A stretch of 64,000 nucleotides of DNA, from assembly GCA_947457395.1 (NCBI GenBank), contig CANGVA010000002.1, forward strand, positions 81,234 through 145,233, in the 5' to 3' direction. The notes beneath the pieces are model-generated. The model was not told where the DNA came from. It searched no databases and was given only the letters and a program-made list of their open reading frames with translations. The position numbers and the translations under genes were made by a program. Position 1 is the first letter of the stretch; each line of letters opens with the position of its first letter. This document shows, in pieces, positions 38,134-46,779 of this stretch. The DNA is from Bacteroidota bacterium (GTDB lineage: Bacteria > Bacteroidota > Bacteroidia > UKL13-3).

Positions 38134-40251
38134 TTAATAGAACATAAAACGATTATCCTTAACCTTCATCAGGTCTTTTAGTGTTTCAAAAGATGCATAC
38201 TCAACTCTAGAAGACATGGCTTGTTGAACTTCTGCTTTGTATTGGCTATAATCCGTTGTTGCAGGAGCATCATTAAATTTAGAAACCTTGTATACATAAA
38301 CTGCATTATCTCCTTTAACAGGACCTGCAATTTTTCCGGTGGTTTTTGTGCCCATTAAGGTTCCTACAAAAGAATTATCTGGTCCAATGTATGCGATATT
38401 TGCGTTTTCAAATGTTTGGCCTGTAAGAGGCGTAACTGCCACCTGAAGTTTGGTTGCAATATCATTCATATTGGCTGTACCGGCCATGGCGGTTTTTGCT
38501 TTTTCTATTAATTGCTCTGCTTTCTTTTCTTTTCTGTAATCAGCTAAAACCCGCTCCTTTACATCATCAAAATTAGCATTGTTCTTTTCTTTAATACCGG
38601 TAAGAACTGCAACTACAAATTTATCTCCTATGGCATATACATCCGAGACATTACCTTTTTTAGCACCAAATGCCCACCTGATTACTTCTCTAGCCTCTGG
38701 CAAACCCGCAAGTGTTTTATCATTTTCTTTTACCTCTGCATTACGTTTGGACAATCCTTTTTCAGTAATAAATTTCTCAAACGCTTCGGGGTTTTGTGCA
38801 GCGGCAGCAAATTGGCTTGCGTCATTATAAGCTGCATTTTGTGTGTTTTGGCTAGGTTTTACAGCACGCTCTAATACACCTGCACAAACTGTTTTGTTAG
38901 TTTTATCTTCTGTAATTTTTACGATGTGAATTCCAAATTGTGTTTTAACAATCCCCATATCACCCTTTTTGCCACGCTTCACATAATCATTAAACTCTTT
39001 AACCATTTGACCATCGGCAAACCAACCAAGATCGCCACCGCGAGAAGACGTACCGTCAGTTCCGTATAAAGCGGCTTTTTCACCAAAATCTGCACCTCTT
39101 CTAATTTCGGCCATCACCTCCTGAGCTTTCTTCAAGGTTTTTAACGTATCATCTTTGGTAGGACCCTCCGTTTTAAACAAAATATGGCTTGCACGCATTT
39201 GGTATGAACTGTCTCGCTTTACGCCAACAACCTTATATACTTTGTATTTTCCATCTTTAAATACCGGACCAATAACACTTCCAACTGAATCTCGAAACAA
39301 GCGTCCCTGAACTTCTTCCGGGTAAAATGAGAAAGGATGCGCCAATGTATCAAAAGGTGTTTCGCTATTGGCATCAACAAATAATGTATCGTTGGTTGTA
39401 TTGGCAAACTCAACGGTTTTCTCATCTACCCACTTTTTAATATCAGCGCTATCCTGAGCCGTAGGAACAACGTCAAACAATACAAAGTCTAACTTGCGCA
39501 TATTTTCCTTTTCCTTGTATTTATCGTAGTTTTTCTTGAAATATGCTTTCAACTCCCCATCATCTGCAGTAACAGAGGTATCAGGAATGGAGAAAAAGTT
39601 TAGTGCTACAATTTCAGCATCGGCAGATTTCATTCTGTTTTGGTAAGCAACTTTTGCCTCCAGAGATGTGGCATAAATACCTTTTCTATATAGCGCTGCA
39701 TATTTTTTTGCTTCTGCCTCTTTCACAAGTCCGTCTTCGAATGCCACCCACTGTGCTTTCGCAGCTTCATCAGTTGTTTCGGTAATATTTTTTAGAAAAC
39801 GTATAACAAGCGAGCGATCAAACTGACCTGTTTGCGGGTTTTGAAAAATAGGTGCAGATTTTATTTGCTCATGGGGATTTTCACCCTGAATCATTTCAAA
39901 TAACTCATCGTTTGTTACCTTAATACCTAGTTGCTCAAACTCCTTGGCATAAATATTCTCCTGAACCACTTGATTCCAGGTTTGCTCACGCAACATATCC
40001 ATGGTAGCCTGATCTAATGCATCTTGCTGCACACGTTGTTTATAAAAACCTGCGTTTTGCTCAACCTTGACTTCAAATTGCTTGTAGGAAATCGGGTCTC
40101 CGTCAACCTCACCTACATCTGTATTGTTATTGCCACCAAACAAGCTTGAGTTGCTTTGCAACGCATCTGAAATTACAAATAGTGCCAATGCACCTCCTAC
40201 TACCGCAATAGCAAGTCCTGATTTTGTTCTGATTCTCTCTAATATTGACAT
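38134..40251 (-). CDS. ppiD: Periplasmic chaperone/peptidyl-prolyl isomerase (PpiD/SurA-like, parvulin domain)
   Basis: The start was trimmed to MSILERIRTKSGLAIAVVGGALALFV (signal anchor). A parvulin PPIase core (ASHILF...GGDLGWF) is present. Confidence 0.7.
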   Translation of the reverse strand: MSILERIRTKSGLAIAVVGGALALFVISDALQSNSSLFGGNNNTDVGEVDGDPISYKQFEVKVEQNAGFYKQRVQQDALDQATMDMLREQTWNQVVQENIYAKEFEQLGIKVTNDELFEMIQGENPHEQIKSAPIFQNPQTGQFDRSLVIRFLKNITETTDEAAKAQWVAFEDGLVKEAEAKKYAALYRKGIYATSLEAKVAYQNRMKSADAEIVALNFFSIPDTSVTADDGELKAYFKKNYDKYKEKENMRKLDFVLFDVVPTAQDSADIKKWVDEKTVEFANTTNDTLFVDANSETPFDTLAHPFSFYPEEVQGRLFRDSVGSVIGPVFKDGKYKVYKVVGVKRDSSYQMRASHILFKTEGPTKDDTLKTLKKAQEVMAEIRRGADFGEKAALYGTDGTSSRGGDLGWFADGQMVKEFNDYVKRGKKGDMGIVKTQFGIHIVKITEDKTNKTVCAGVLERAVKPSQNTQNAAYNDASQFAAAAQNPEAFEKFITEKGLSKRNAEVKENDKTLAGLPEAREVIRWAFGAKKGNVSDVYAIGDKFVVAVLTGIKEKNNANFDDVKERVLADYRKEKKAEQLIEKAKTAMAGTANMNDIATKLQVAVTPLTGQTFENANIAYIGPDNSFVGTLMGTKTTGKIAGPVKGDNAVYVYKVSKFNDAPATTDYSQYKAEVQQAMSSRVEYASFETLKDLMKVKDNRFMFY

Positions 40252-40411
40252 GAGTATAGTTTTTGAAAAGTCGACAAAAATACGCGCATAAGCCATATAA
40301 GTCAAATTCCACCCCAAAAGCAATACTCTTTATTTCAGGCACTTAACATTTTTCTTTTGCCAAAGCCTTGAAAACACACCTTGCCAAACCGCATATCCGT
40401 AATTTTGATGC

Positions 40412-41122
40412 ATGATTAAAACAGGTACACTTTTTTTAATTCCCAATGTGTTGGATGACATGGCCGACAGCGGTTTTATACCTGAAACAACTAAGCAGCA
40501 GGTGCATCATCTTGTTCATTTTATAATGGAAAGTGAAAAAGCTGGCAGAGCACTGGTTAAAAAACTGAACTTGCACACTCCTCAATCTGATATTCAGATA
40601 CAACTATGCAATGAACATACCTTACAACAAAATTTACCCAACCTTATTGCTCCCCTGCTACAAGGTTTTGATGTTGGCCTTATGTCAGATGCTGGTACAC
40701 CTTGTATAGCCGACCCGGGTTACGAAGTGGTGATGGCTTGCCACCAAAAGGGAATAAAAGTGGTGCCACTTGCGGGCTCATCAAGTATTATCATGGCATT
40801 GATGGCAGGAGGCCTGGGTGGTCAGCAATTTGTTTTTCATGGCTACTTGCCCATTGATAAACCTGCGCGTGTGAAAATGATAAAAGAGATGGAAGAACAT
40901 GCGCTTAAAAAAGGCTATACCCAAATTTTTATGGAAGCTCCATACCGAAACAACTCTTTGCTTAAAGACCTGATTAGCCTGCTAAAAAATAATACAAGAC
41001 TTGGTATTGCCTGCAATATCAGCTCGGTGGAGGAATTGATAACAACAAAAGCAGCTGCCGAATGGAAAAAAACAACGCTGCCCGATTTACATAAAAAACC
41101 CTGCCTTTTTCTGATTGGATAA
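40412..41122 (+). CDS. Tetrapyrrole-methylase-fold SAM-dependent methyltransferase (RsmI/YraL-like)
   Basis: GTLFLIPNVL N-terminal motif and the CIADPGY region characteristic of TP-methylase family enzymes. Confidence 0.55.
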   Translation: MIKTGTLFLIPNVLDDMADSGFIPETTKQQVHHLVHFIMESEKAGRALVKKLNLHTPQSDIQIQLCNEHTLQQNLPNLIAPLLQGFDVGLMSDAGTPCIADPGYEVVMACHQKGIKVVPLAGSSSIIMALMAGGLGGQQFVFHGYLPIDKPARVKMIKEMEEHALKKGYTQIFMEAPYRNNSLLKDLISLLKNNTRLGIACNISSVEELITTKAAAEWKKTTLPDLHKKPCLFLIG

Positions 41123-41152
41123 AAACCTTTGACGCTAACTTCAGGTAAAAAA

Positions 41153-41200
41153 TTGGCAATCTAAAAACTTTGCATATATTTGCCTACCAAACGTTAGGTA
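41153..41200 (+). promoter_or_regulatory. Candidate promoter plus a palindromic operator upstream of the TetR gene
   Basis: TTG (41153-41155), a 19-bp spacer and TATATTTG (41175-41182). This is followed by the near-perfect 16-bp palindrome TACCAAACGTTAGGTA (41185-41200), immediately 5' of the MAETLT start. Confidence 0.4.
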
Positions 41201-41202
41201 AA

Positions 41203-41814
41203 ATGGCAGAAACGTTGACTATCAACAGAAAAGAGCAGATAATGCAGGTGGCGGCCCGTTTATTTAAAAATAAGGGCTACGAGGCTACCAGCATGCGCGA
41301 TATTGCTGCCGAACTGGGTATTGAAGCAGCCAGCCTCTACCACCACATCAAATCGAAGGAAGAAATTTTAACCGCTATTTGCTTCGATATGGCCAATCGG
41401 TTTGTAACGGCTTTAAAAGAAGTGAACGATATTTACTTTAATGCTGAAGAACGCCTGCGTATGGCCATTCAATATCATGTGCAGATTTCTTGCGATTACC
41501 TGGATGCAACAGCCGTTTTCTTAAACGAGTGGAGAAGCCTGCCCGAACCCAGTTTGAGTGAATTCAAAAAAATGCGCGATAGTTATGAAAAGCAATTCAG
41601 AATTATTGTGAAAGACGGTGAAACCGAAGATATTTTTGATAATGTGGATGAGAAATTTGCTGCCCTTACCATTCTTTCATCGGTAAACTGGATTCATCAG
41701 TGGTATAAGGCTGACGGTAACATGAACCCTTCTCAGATATCGAAAAAACTAGCCGACATTATCATTGGCGGCATCCGCAAAAAATTAATCACCGACCCTC
41801 ACTACAAACCTTAA
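41203..41814 (+). CDS. TetR/AcrR family transcriptional regulator (possible PaaR-like regulator of the paa genes)
   Basis: HTH region KGYEATSMRDIAAELGIEAASLYHHIKSKEEIL. The start was trimmed to MAETLT. Confidence 0.75.
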   Translation: MAETLTINRKEQIMQVAARLFKNKGYEATSMRDIAAELGIEAASLYHHIKSKEEILTAICFDMANRFVTALKEVNDIYFNAEERLRMAIQYHVQISCDYLDATAVFLNEWRSLPEPSLSEFKKMRDSYEKQFRIIVKDGETEDIFDNVDEKFAALTILSSVNWIHQWYKADGNMNPSQISKKLADIIIGGIRKKLITDPHYKP

Positions 41815-41825
41815 TATCAAACTAT

Positions 41826-41867
41826 CAATAACAAACCCACAATAATCAACTCGTAATAATAAACACT
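41826..41867 (+). repeat. Copy 1 of a repeated intergenic motif (CAATAACAAACCC...AACTCGTAATAATAAAC)
   Basis: Shares CAATAACAAACCC and CGTAATAA(A/T)TAA with 43281-43350. The reverse complement appears at 42865-42891. Confidence 0.5.
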
Positions 41868-42857
41868 ATGTACGGAAATGCTTACATCGATCCTAATGAA
41901 AAACCAAAGTCAATTATTGACGGTGAGGATCCAATTAAATTAGCCGAATTTGAAGCACGTATTGCACGTGGCGAAAAAATTGAACCCAAAGATTGGATGC
42001 CGCGCGAGTACCGCAAGCAACTCATCCGCATGATTGAGCAGCACGCACACTCCGAAATTATTGGTGCATTGCCTGAAGGAACATGGATTACACGTGCTCC
42101 GGGCTTTAAACGCAAACTGGCTTTAATGGCCAAGGTACAAGATGAAGTGGGCCACGCACAATTGTTGTACAGCGCGGCTGAAACCTTAGGTAAAAGCCGC
42201 GAAGCCATGATTAATGATTTAATCACCGGCAAATCAAAATACTCAAACGTATTTAACTACCCTGCATTTACTTGGGCTGATGCCTGTATTATTGCTTGGT
42301 TAATTGATGCGGGCGCTATCATCAATCAGGTAGCAAATGCAAAAGGCAGTTATGGTCCATATTGCCGCGCACTAGATCGTATTTGTACGGAAGAAAGTTT
42401 CCATTTAAAATACGGACACGATAATGTAGTAACACTTGCTACCGGTACGGCTACGCAACGTAAAATGGTTCAGGAAGCATTAAACCGCTGGTGGCCTCCC
42501 ATTATGCACTTCTTCGGGCCAAGCGATAAAATTTCAAATCACACAGAAATCTTGATGCGCTGGAAAGTAAAAATGGCGACCAATGATGACATGCGTCAGC
42601 AATTCTTAAATATGTACGTGCCTAAAATTTGGGATCTGGGATTAACCGTTCCGGATACATTGTTGAAGAAAAATGACGAAACCAATAAGTGGGAATACAC
42701 CGAACCGGATTGGGATGAATTTAAACGTGTAATCAATGGCGATGGCCCATGCAATGCCGAGCGTTTAGCTGTGCGCAGAAATGCCGAAGAACGTGGCCGT
42801 TGGGTACGTGAAGCGTTGAATACGTCTCAATCTAAGTATATAGTACCTCTCGCATAG
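41868..42857 (+). CDS. paaA: 1,2-phenylacetyl-CoA epoxidase subunit A
   Basis: Ferritin-like di-iron oxygenase subunit with a conserved PaaA N-terminus ([17 protein letters not shown]...[14 protein letters not shown]). Confidence 0.85.
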   Translation: MYGNAYIDPNEKPKSIIDGEDPIKLAEFEARIARGEKIEPKDWMPREYRKQLIRMIEQHAHSEIIGALPEGTWITRAPGFKRKLALMAKVQDEVGHAQLLYSAAETLGKSREAMINDLITGKSKYSNVFNYPAFTWADACIIAWLIDAGAIINQVANAKGSYGPYCRALDRICTEESFHLKYGHDNVVTLATGTATQRKMVQEALNRWWPPIMHFFGPSDKISNHTEILMRWKVKMATNDDMRQQFLNMYVPKIWDLGLTVPDTLLKKNDETNKWEYTEPDWDEFKRVINGDGPCNAERLAVRRNAEERGRWVREALNTSQSKYIVPLA

Positions 42858-42864
42858 TGTATTC

Positions 42865-42891
42865 ATTATTGCGAGTTATTTATTACGAGTT
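42865..42891 (-). repeat. Inverted copy of the paa intergenic motif
   Basis: ATTATTGCGAGTTATTTATTACGAGTT is the reverse complement of AACTCGTAATAAATAACTCGCAATAAT. Compare 41848-41864. Confidence 0.5.
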
Positions 42892-42908
42892 TTAAAAATT
42901 CAAAAGTT

Positions 42909-43310
42909 GTGGCAACAATCAAACATTTTGAAGATTTAGAGATTTGGCAAAAGGCTATTGATATAGCAGACCAACTTTACGATTTGTGCATGAATGACCA
43001 AGTAAAAAAGGACTTTTCATTACAAGACCAACTCAAGCGGGCGGCTATATCAATTTCAAATAACATAGCTGAAGGGTTTGAATACAATAACAATGCAGAT
43101 TTCATAAAATTTCTAAGGTATGCTAAAGGCTCTTGTGGAGAATGCAGAAGTATGATTGGATTCATGAAGCGCAGAAAATGGATATCTAAGGAAGATCATG
43201 ATGAATTTTATACAGCACTAAAAAACCTTGGTGCACAAATTGGCAGCTTTATGTCATATTTAAGAAAAACAACAACCAAAACCCGCAATAACAAACCCGC
43301 CAACCCGTAA
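42909..43310 (+). CDS. Four-helix-bundle protein (TIGR02436, the family encoded in 23S rRNA intervening sequences), inserted between paaA and paaB
   Basis: Strong match to the family signature FEDLEIWQKA...LKRAAISISNNIAEGF...FLRYAKGSCGECRS. The C-terminal about 14 codons read into the repeat element. Confidence 0.8.
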   Translation: MATIKHFEDLEIWQKAIDIADQLYDLCMNDQVKKDFSLQDQLKRAAISISNNIAEGFEYNNNADFIKFLRYAKGSCGECRSMIGFMKRRKWISKEDHDEFYTALKNLGAQIGSFMSYLRKTTTKTRNNKPANP

Positions 43311-43350
43311 TAAATAACCCTAATAAACAACCCGCCAACTGTAATAAATA
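43281..43350 (+). repeat. Two tandem copies of the paa intergenic motif
   Basis: ACCCGCAATAACAAACCCGCCAACCCGTAATAAATAACCC followed by TAATAAACAACCCGCCAACTGTAATAAATACCCGCAATGA, immediately upstream of paaB. Confidence 0.5.
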
Positions 43351-43356
43351 CCCGCA

Positions 43357-43728
43357 ATGATAAAATCCCTCGACCCCCGCGTAACACGCGATCAAATAGA
43401 ACTTAATAACCAGATAGCTCCCCTTCAGGAACTCGATCAATGGGAAACGTATGAAGTATTCCATCAAAAAAAACGTGGCGACCAGCATATGCACGTAGGC
43501 ATTGTTCACGCACCCAATCCTGAAATGGCGCTGTTGTTTGGCAAAGAACAATATGGCCGCAGAGGAATCACTGCTAATATTTGGGTGGTAAAAACTGCTA
43601 ACGTGTTTGCCAGCGAATACGAAGACCAGGACATCTTTGAAACTGTTCCCGAAAAACAATACCGCGAAGCCGGAGGCTACAAAGTGATGGAGAAAATCAA
43701 TAAGTACAAGAAAGAAAAGAAAGCATAA
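43357..43728 (+). CDS. paaB: 1,2-phenylacetyl-CoA epoxidase subunit B
   Basis: Conserved PaaB core (WETYEVF...HVGIVHAPNPEMAL...IWVVK). Confidence 0.8.
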   Translation: MIKSLDPRVTRDQIELNNQIAPLQELDQWETYEVFHQKKRGDQHMHVGIVHAPNPEMALLFGKEQYGRRGITANIWVVKTANVFASEYEDQDIFETVPEKQYREAGGYKVMEKINKYKKEKKA

Positions 43729-43775
43729 TCATCCTTCTAATCTTTTACCCTTCTCAACCTTATAATCAAACAAAA

Positions 43776-44525
43776 ATGAACCACACAAAAGAACTACTAT
43801 ACAAAATAGCCGATGATTTATTAATCATTGGTCACCGCAACAGCGAATGGACCGGACTGGGACCGATTCTGGAAGAAGACATTGCTTTTTCATCCATGGC
43901 ACAAGATAAGATTGGTCAGTCGCAGGCTATATTCCAATTGCTTCATGAATTAGGCGAACAGGAGCCCGATACAGTTGCCTTTACCCGAAATGCCAATCAG
44001 TTGCACAATGCAGTATTTACCGAGTTACCCAATGGTGATTATGCATTCAGCACCATGCGACATTTTTTATATGATGTGGCTGATCAATTGCGCTTTGAAA
44101 TGCTGGCCAATTCATCTTATGAACCCTTAGCTAAAGTTTCACGCAAAGTAAAAGGCGAGTTAAAGTACCACGTGTTTCATGCCAATACCTGGATTACAAA
44201 ATTAGGTGCAGCAACAGAAGAAAGTCATGCCCGCATGCAAACCGCATTAAACGAATGTTGGAATTATGCACTGGGTATGTTTGAAGAAAGCGAATACGAA
44301 CAGCAACTTATCAGCGAAAAAATATTTGAAGGAGAAGCCGAACTGAAAAAACGCTGGCTGGGCGCCATCTCACCTGTCCTTACAAAAGCTACATTGTCCA
44401 TTCCGGATGAGTCGACCTGGCAACCACAAACTGGAGGCAGAAAAGGAATACACACCGAACACCTGCAACCTTTATTGGATGAAATGAGTGAAGTGTTTAA
44501 AATTGACCCAACTGCGGAGTGGTAA
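43776..44525 (+). CDS. paaC: 1,2-phenylacetyl-CoA epoxidase subunit C
   Basis: Ferritin-like fold, PaaC-like length, and a position after paaB. Confidence 0.75.
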   Translation: MNHTKELLYKIADDLLIIGHRNSEWTGLGPILEEDIAFSSMAQDKIGQSQAIFQLLHELGEQEPDTVAFTRNANQLHNAVFTELPNGDYAFSTMRHFLYDVADQLRFEMLANSSYEPLAKVSRKVKGELKYHVFHANTWITKLGAATEESHARMQTALNECWNYALGMFEESEYEQQLISEKIFEGEAELKKRWLGAISPVLTKATLSIPDESTWQPQTGGRKGIHTEHLQPLLDEMSEVFKIDPTAEW

Positions 44526-44623
44526 ATGCCATTACAATGTTGGAAGGTTGCAAGGTTGGAAAGTTGTTATACAGTAAAAGTCAACCTTGTAATCTTTCAA
44601 CCTTTATAACCTTATAACCAACT

Positions 44624-45109
44624 ATGCTAAGCGAAGCGCAAATATGGCAAGCCCTTGAGGTGGTAAAAGACCCTGAAATTCCAACATTAAGTATGGTAGA
44701 TATGGGTATTATCACCAAAGTAGAGATACGTGGCGAGAGCGATGTGTTTGTTGAAATGACACCTACATTTTCAGGTTGCCCGGCCATTAAAATGATGGAA
44801 GGCATGGTGGCTGAACGATTAAAAGAAATAGGTATTGAAAAAGTAGAGGTAGTTACCACCTTTGATAAACCCTGGGACAGTAATAAACTTACTGAGCGCG
44901 GATTGATGTGCTTGAAAAAGCATGGCTTGGCGCCACCTCCTAAACACAAGGGAGAAATTACGCAAGAGTTATTGGAACATGTTGCTTGTCCATTTTGCGG
45001 AAGTAAAAACACCGAAACAAAATCTCCTTTTGGCCCAACCCTATGCCGCTCCTTGCATTATTGCAATAATTGCCTGCAGGCCTTTGAGCAATTTAAGCCG
45101 GTGGTGTAA
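44624..45109 (+). CDS. paaD: Phenylacetate-CoA oxygenase subunit PaaD (DUF59/Fe-S assembly-like)
   Basis: DUF59 N-terminal domain (ALEVVKDPEIPTLSMVDMGII) and a C-terminal Cys cluster CPFCGS...CRSLHYCNNC. Confidence 0.75.
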   Translation: MLSEAQIWQALEVVKDPEIPTLSMVDMGIITKVEIRGESDVFVEMTPTFSGCPAIKMMEGMVAERLKEIGIEKVEVVTTFDKPWDSNKLTERGLMCLKKHGLAPPPKHKGEITQELLEHVACPFCGSKNTETKSPFGPTLCRSLHYCNNCLQAFEQFKPVV

Positions 45110-45130
45110 AGCTCTTCATTTTAAACAGCG

Positions 45131-45166
45131 CAAAAAAATCCCGCACATGCGCGGGATTTTTTATTT
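45131..45166. terminator. Bidirectional rho-independent terminator between paaD and the fic gene
   Basis: AAAAAAATCCCGCACATGCGCGGGATTTTTTATTT: a 7-bp GC-rich stem flanked by A and T tracts. Confidence 0.6.
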
Positions 45167-46213
45167 ACTTAAAATGTCAATATACCGCTGTATGGCTTCC
45201 AGCTCGTAGCGGGCTAGCAGTTCAATAAATTGATTATTGCCGCCACCCGTTTGCACGGTTTCCAGTGCCTGGTAGTAAGCCATGCGACTTTTGCTATCGC
45301 CTTTTATATTGGCAATTACATACCCGTGCTTCAGCAAAATCAGGTTCATCACCAGGCGTGAGGTGCGGCCATTGCCATCTACAAACGGATGAATTGTAAC
45401 CAGTCGTTCGTGCATCTCGGCTGCCAGCAAAACGGGGTGCATACTTTGTTTATGGCTGTTGTACCAGATAAACAAATCCTCCATTTGCTTAGGAACCAGG
45501 TAAGGTGCCGGAGGCATATGACTGCTTCCCTTTATCATTACCTGAACATGACGGTACTTGCCCGCATTGGCCTGATCAATTCCACGTAAAATGAGGTTAT
45601 GAATAGCCAGTACCTCCCGCTCACTGATATCGGTTTTCTTTTCAATCAGGTGCTTTACATAAGCAATCGCTTCGCTGTGGTTAATGGCCTCCAGGTGCTC
45701 ACGCATACTTTTTCCGCTGATGGTTAATCCTTCGTTAATTACCAAATCGGTTTCTTTCAGCGTAAGGGTATTTCCTTCTATGCGGTTGCTTTCAAACGTA
45801 TATTCCAGCTCAAGGGCTTGAGCAATGCGGTAGCTGTCGTAACTGCGAAGTTTGTTCAGTTTCTTTTTGCAGTCATCAATTTCCTTTATTATCGTCTTTA
45901 CAGCCTTAGGTGTTTTTAACTTGGCCGTACCGAGTACCTTCATTTTAATTTCGGCTTCGGCAGCCATCATAGCTTGCAGGGCTAACTCATCATCTCCTAT
46001 TTCGTAAATGATTTTTTCTTTGAGCCATTGCACCAGCAGTTCATTGGTATCTATGCTCAACACTTCAGCCAATTTAATTACCTGCTGACGTGTGGGCTTG
46101 CGCACTCCGGTTTCAAATTTACTGACCAAAGCCTGATCAATACCTAGCTCCTGTGATACTTCGCGCACCATCAATCCTTTCTTTTCGCGGGCTGCCTTAA
46201 TCAGGTTTTTCAT
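45161..46213 (-). CDS. Fic family protein with an N-terminal XRE-type HTH domain (class II autoinhibited Fic)
   Basis: HTH LMVREVSQELGIDQALVSKFETG, inhibitory motif SNRIEG (S/TxxxEG) and Fic active-site motif HPFVDGNGRTSR. Confidence 0.8.
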   Translation of the reverse strand: MKNLIKAAREKKGLMVREVSQELGIDQALVSKFETGVRKPTRQQVIKLAEVLSIDTNELLVQWLKEKIIYEIGDDELALQAMMAAEAEIKMKVLGTAKLKTPKAVKTIIKEIDDCKKKLNKLRSYDSYRIAQALELEYTFESNRIEGNTLTLKETDLVINEGLTISGKSMREHLEAINHSEAIAYVKHLIEKKTDISEREVLAIHNLILRGIDQANAGKYRHVQVMIKGSSHMPPAPYLVPKQMEDLFIWYNSHKQSMHPVLLAAEMHERLVTIHPFVDGNGRTSRLVMNLILLKHGYVIANIKGDSKSRMAYYQALETVQTGGGNNQFIELLARYELEAIQRYIDILSK

Positions 46214-46255
46214 GACATGTTAAATTTTGACATGACAAATTTAGTCATTCAGCGA
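46214..46255. promoter_or_regulatory. Direct/inverted repeat (CATGACATG...GACATGACA...GTCATTCAG) immediately upstream of the fic start; a candidate autoregulatory operator
   Basis: GACATG-N9-GACATG with the palindromic element TGACATG/CATGTCA, abutting the ATG of the HTH-Fic gene. Confidence 0.25.
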
Positions 46256-46383
46256 AACAATCAAATAACCTTACTAAAAAAGCGTCTACATCAAATCAAT
46301 TTGGAGGGTTTACCAAAGGTTGAGGTAAAATTTGTTTAAGGAATCTTAGCAATTATAGCAGTCCTTTCGCTGATTTCTTTTGT

Positions 46384-46749
46384 TCAATACATCAAATGCT
46401 TCTTTTCATTCTTACGCCACCCTGCTTTGCTTTTGTAGGGTGTAAAAAAAATCAGCAAATCGGCCTGGGAGGCATACTTTACAAAGAATATCTTCTTCTG
46501 CGATTGGGAGACATACTCTACAAAATGCCACAAGCCTTCGTTTCCGCTTACTTCGCTTCTGTATTTGGTTTTGCAAACCACTAAGTCGGCCTGACTTTCA
46601 TACTCCACTACAAACACTTTGATATCGGCTTGTGAAGCATAATTAACAGAAAAAACCAACTGTGCTGATGCCTTATTAAAAAGCAATATGCATATAAACA
46701 GAAAGAGCTGCGGAATTAAATTTGCGTGTGTGTTTGTTCTTGCTTTCAT
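46384..46749 (-). CDS. Small secreted protein with four internal approximately 14-aa repeats (Y/E-x-SQAD-hydrophobic-x-F/V-x-x-x-Y)
   Basis: Signal peptide LFLFICILLFNKASAQ. Repeats NYASQADIKVFVVEY, ESQADLVVCKTKY, EYVSQSQKKIFFVKY and ASQADLLIFFTPY. Confidence 0.45.
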   Translation of the reverse strand: MKARTNTHANLIPQLFLFICILLFNKASAQLVFSVNYASQADIKVFVVEYESQADLVVCKTKYRSEVSGNEGLWHFVEYVSQSQKKIFFVKYASQADLLIFFTPYKSKAGWRKNEKKHLMY

Positions 46750-46779
46750 AACCGCAGCCGTATTAAAGGTAAAGCGGGC

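Noticed and set aside
43270-43350. CRISPR-like appearance of the repeated CGTAATAAATAAC-type motifs
   Set aside because: Only 3-4 degenerate copies occur, with irregular spacing and in both orientations. There are no uniform repeat/spacer units and no cas genes. They are treated as an intergenic repeat family.
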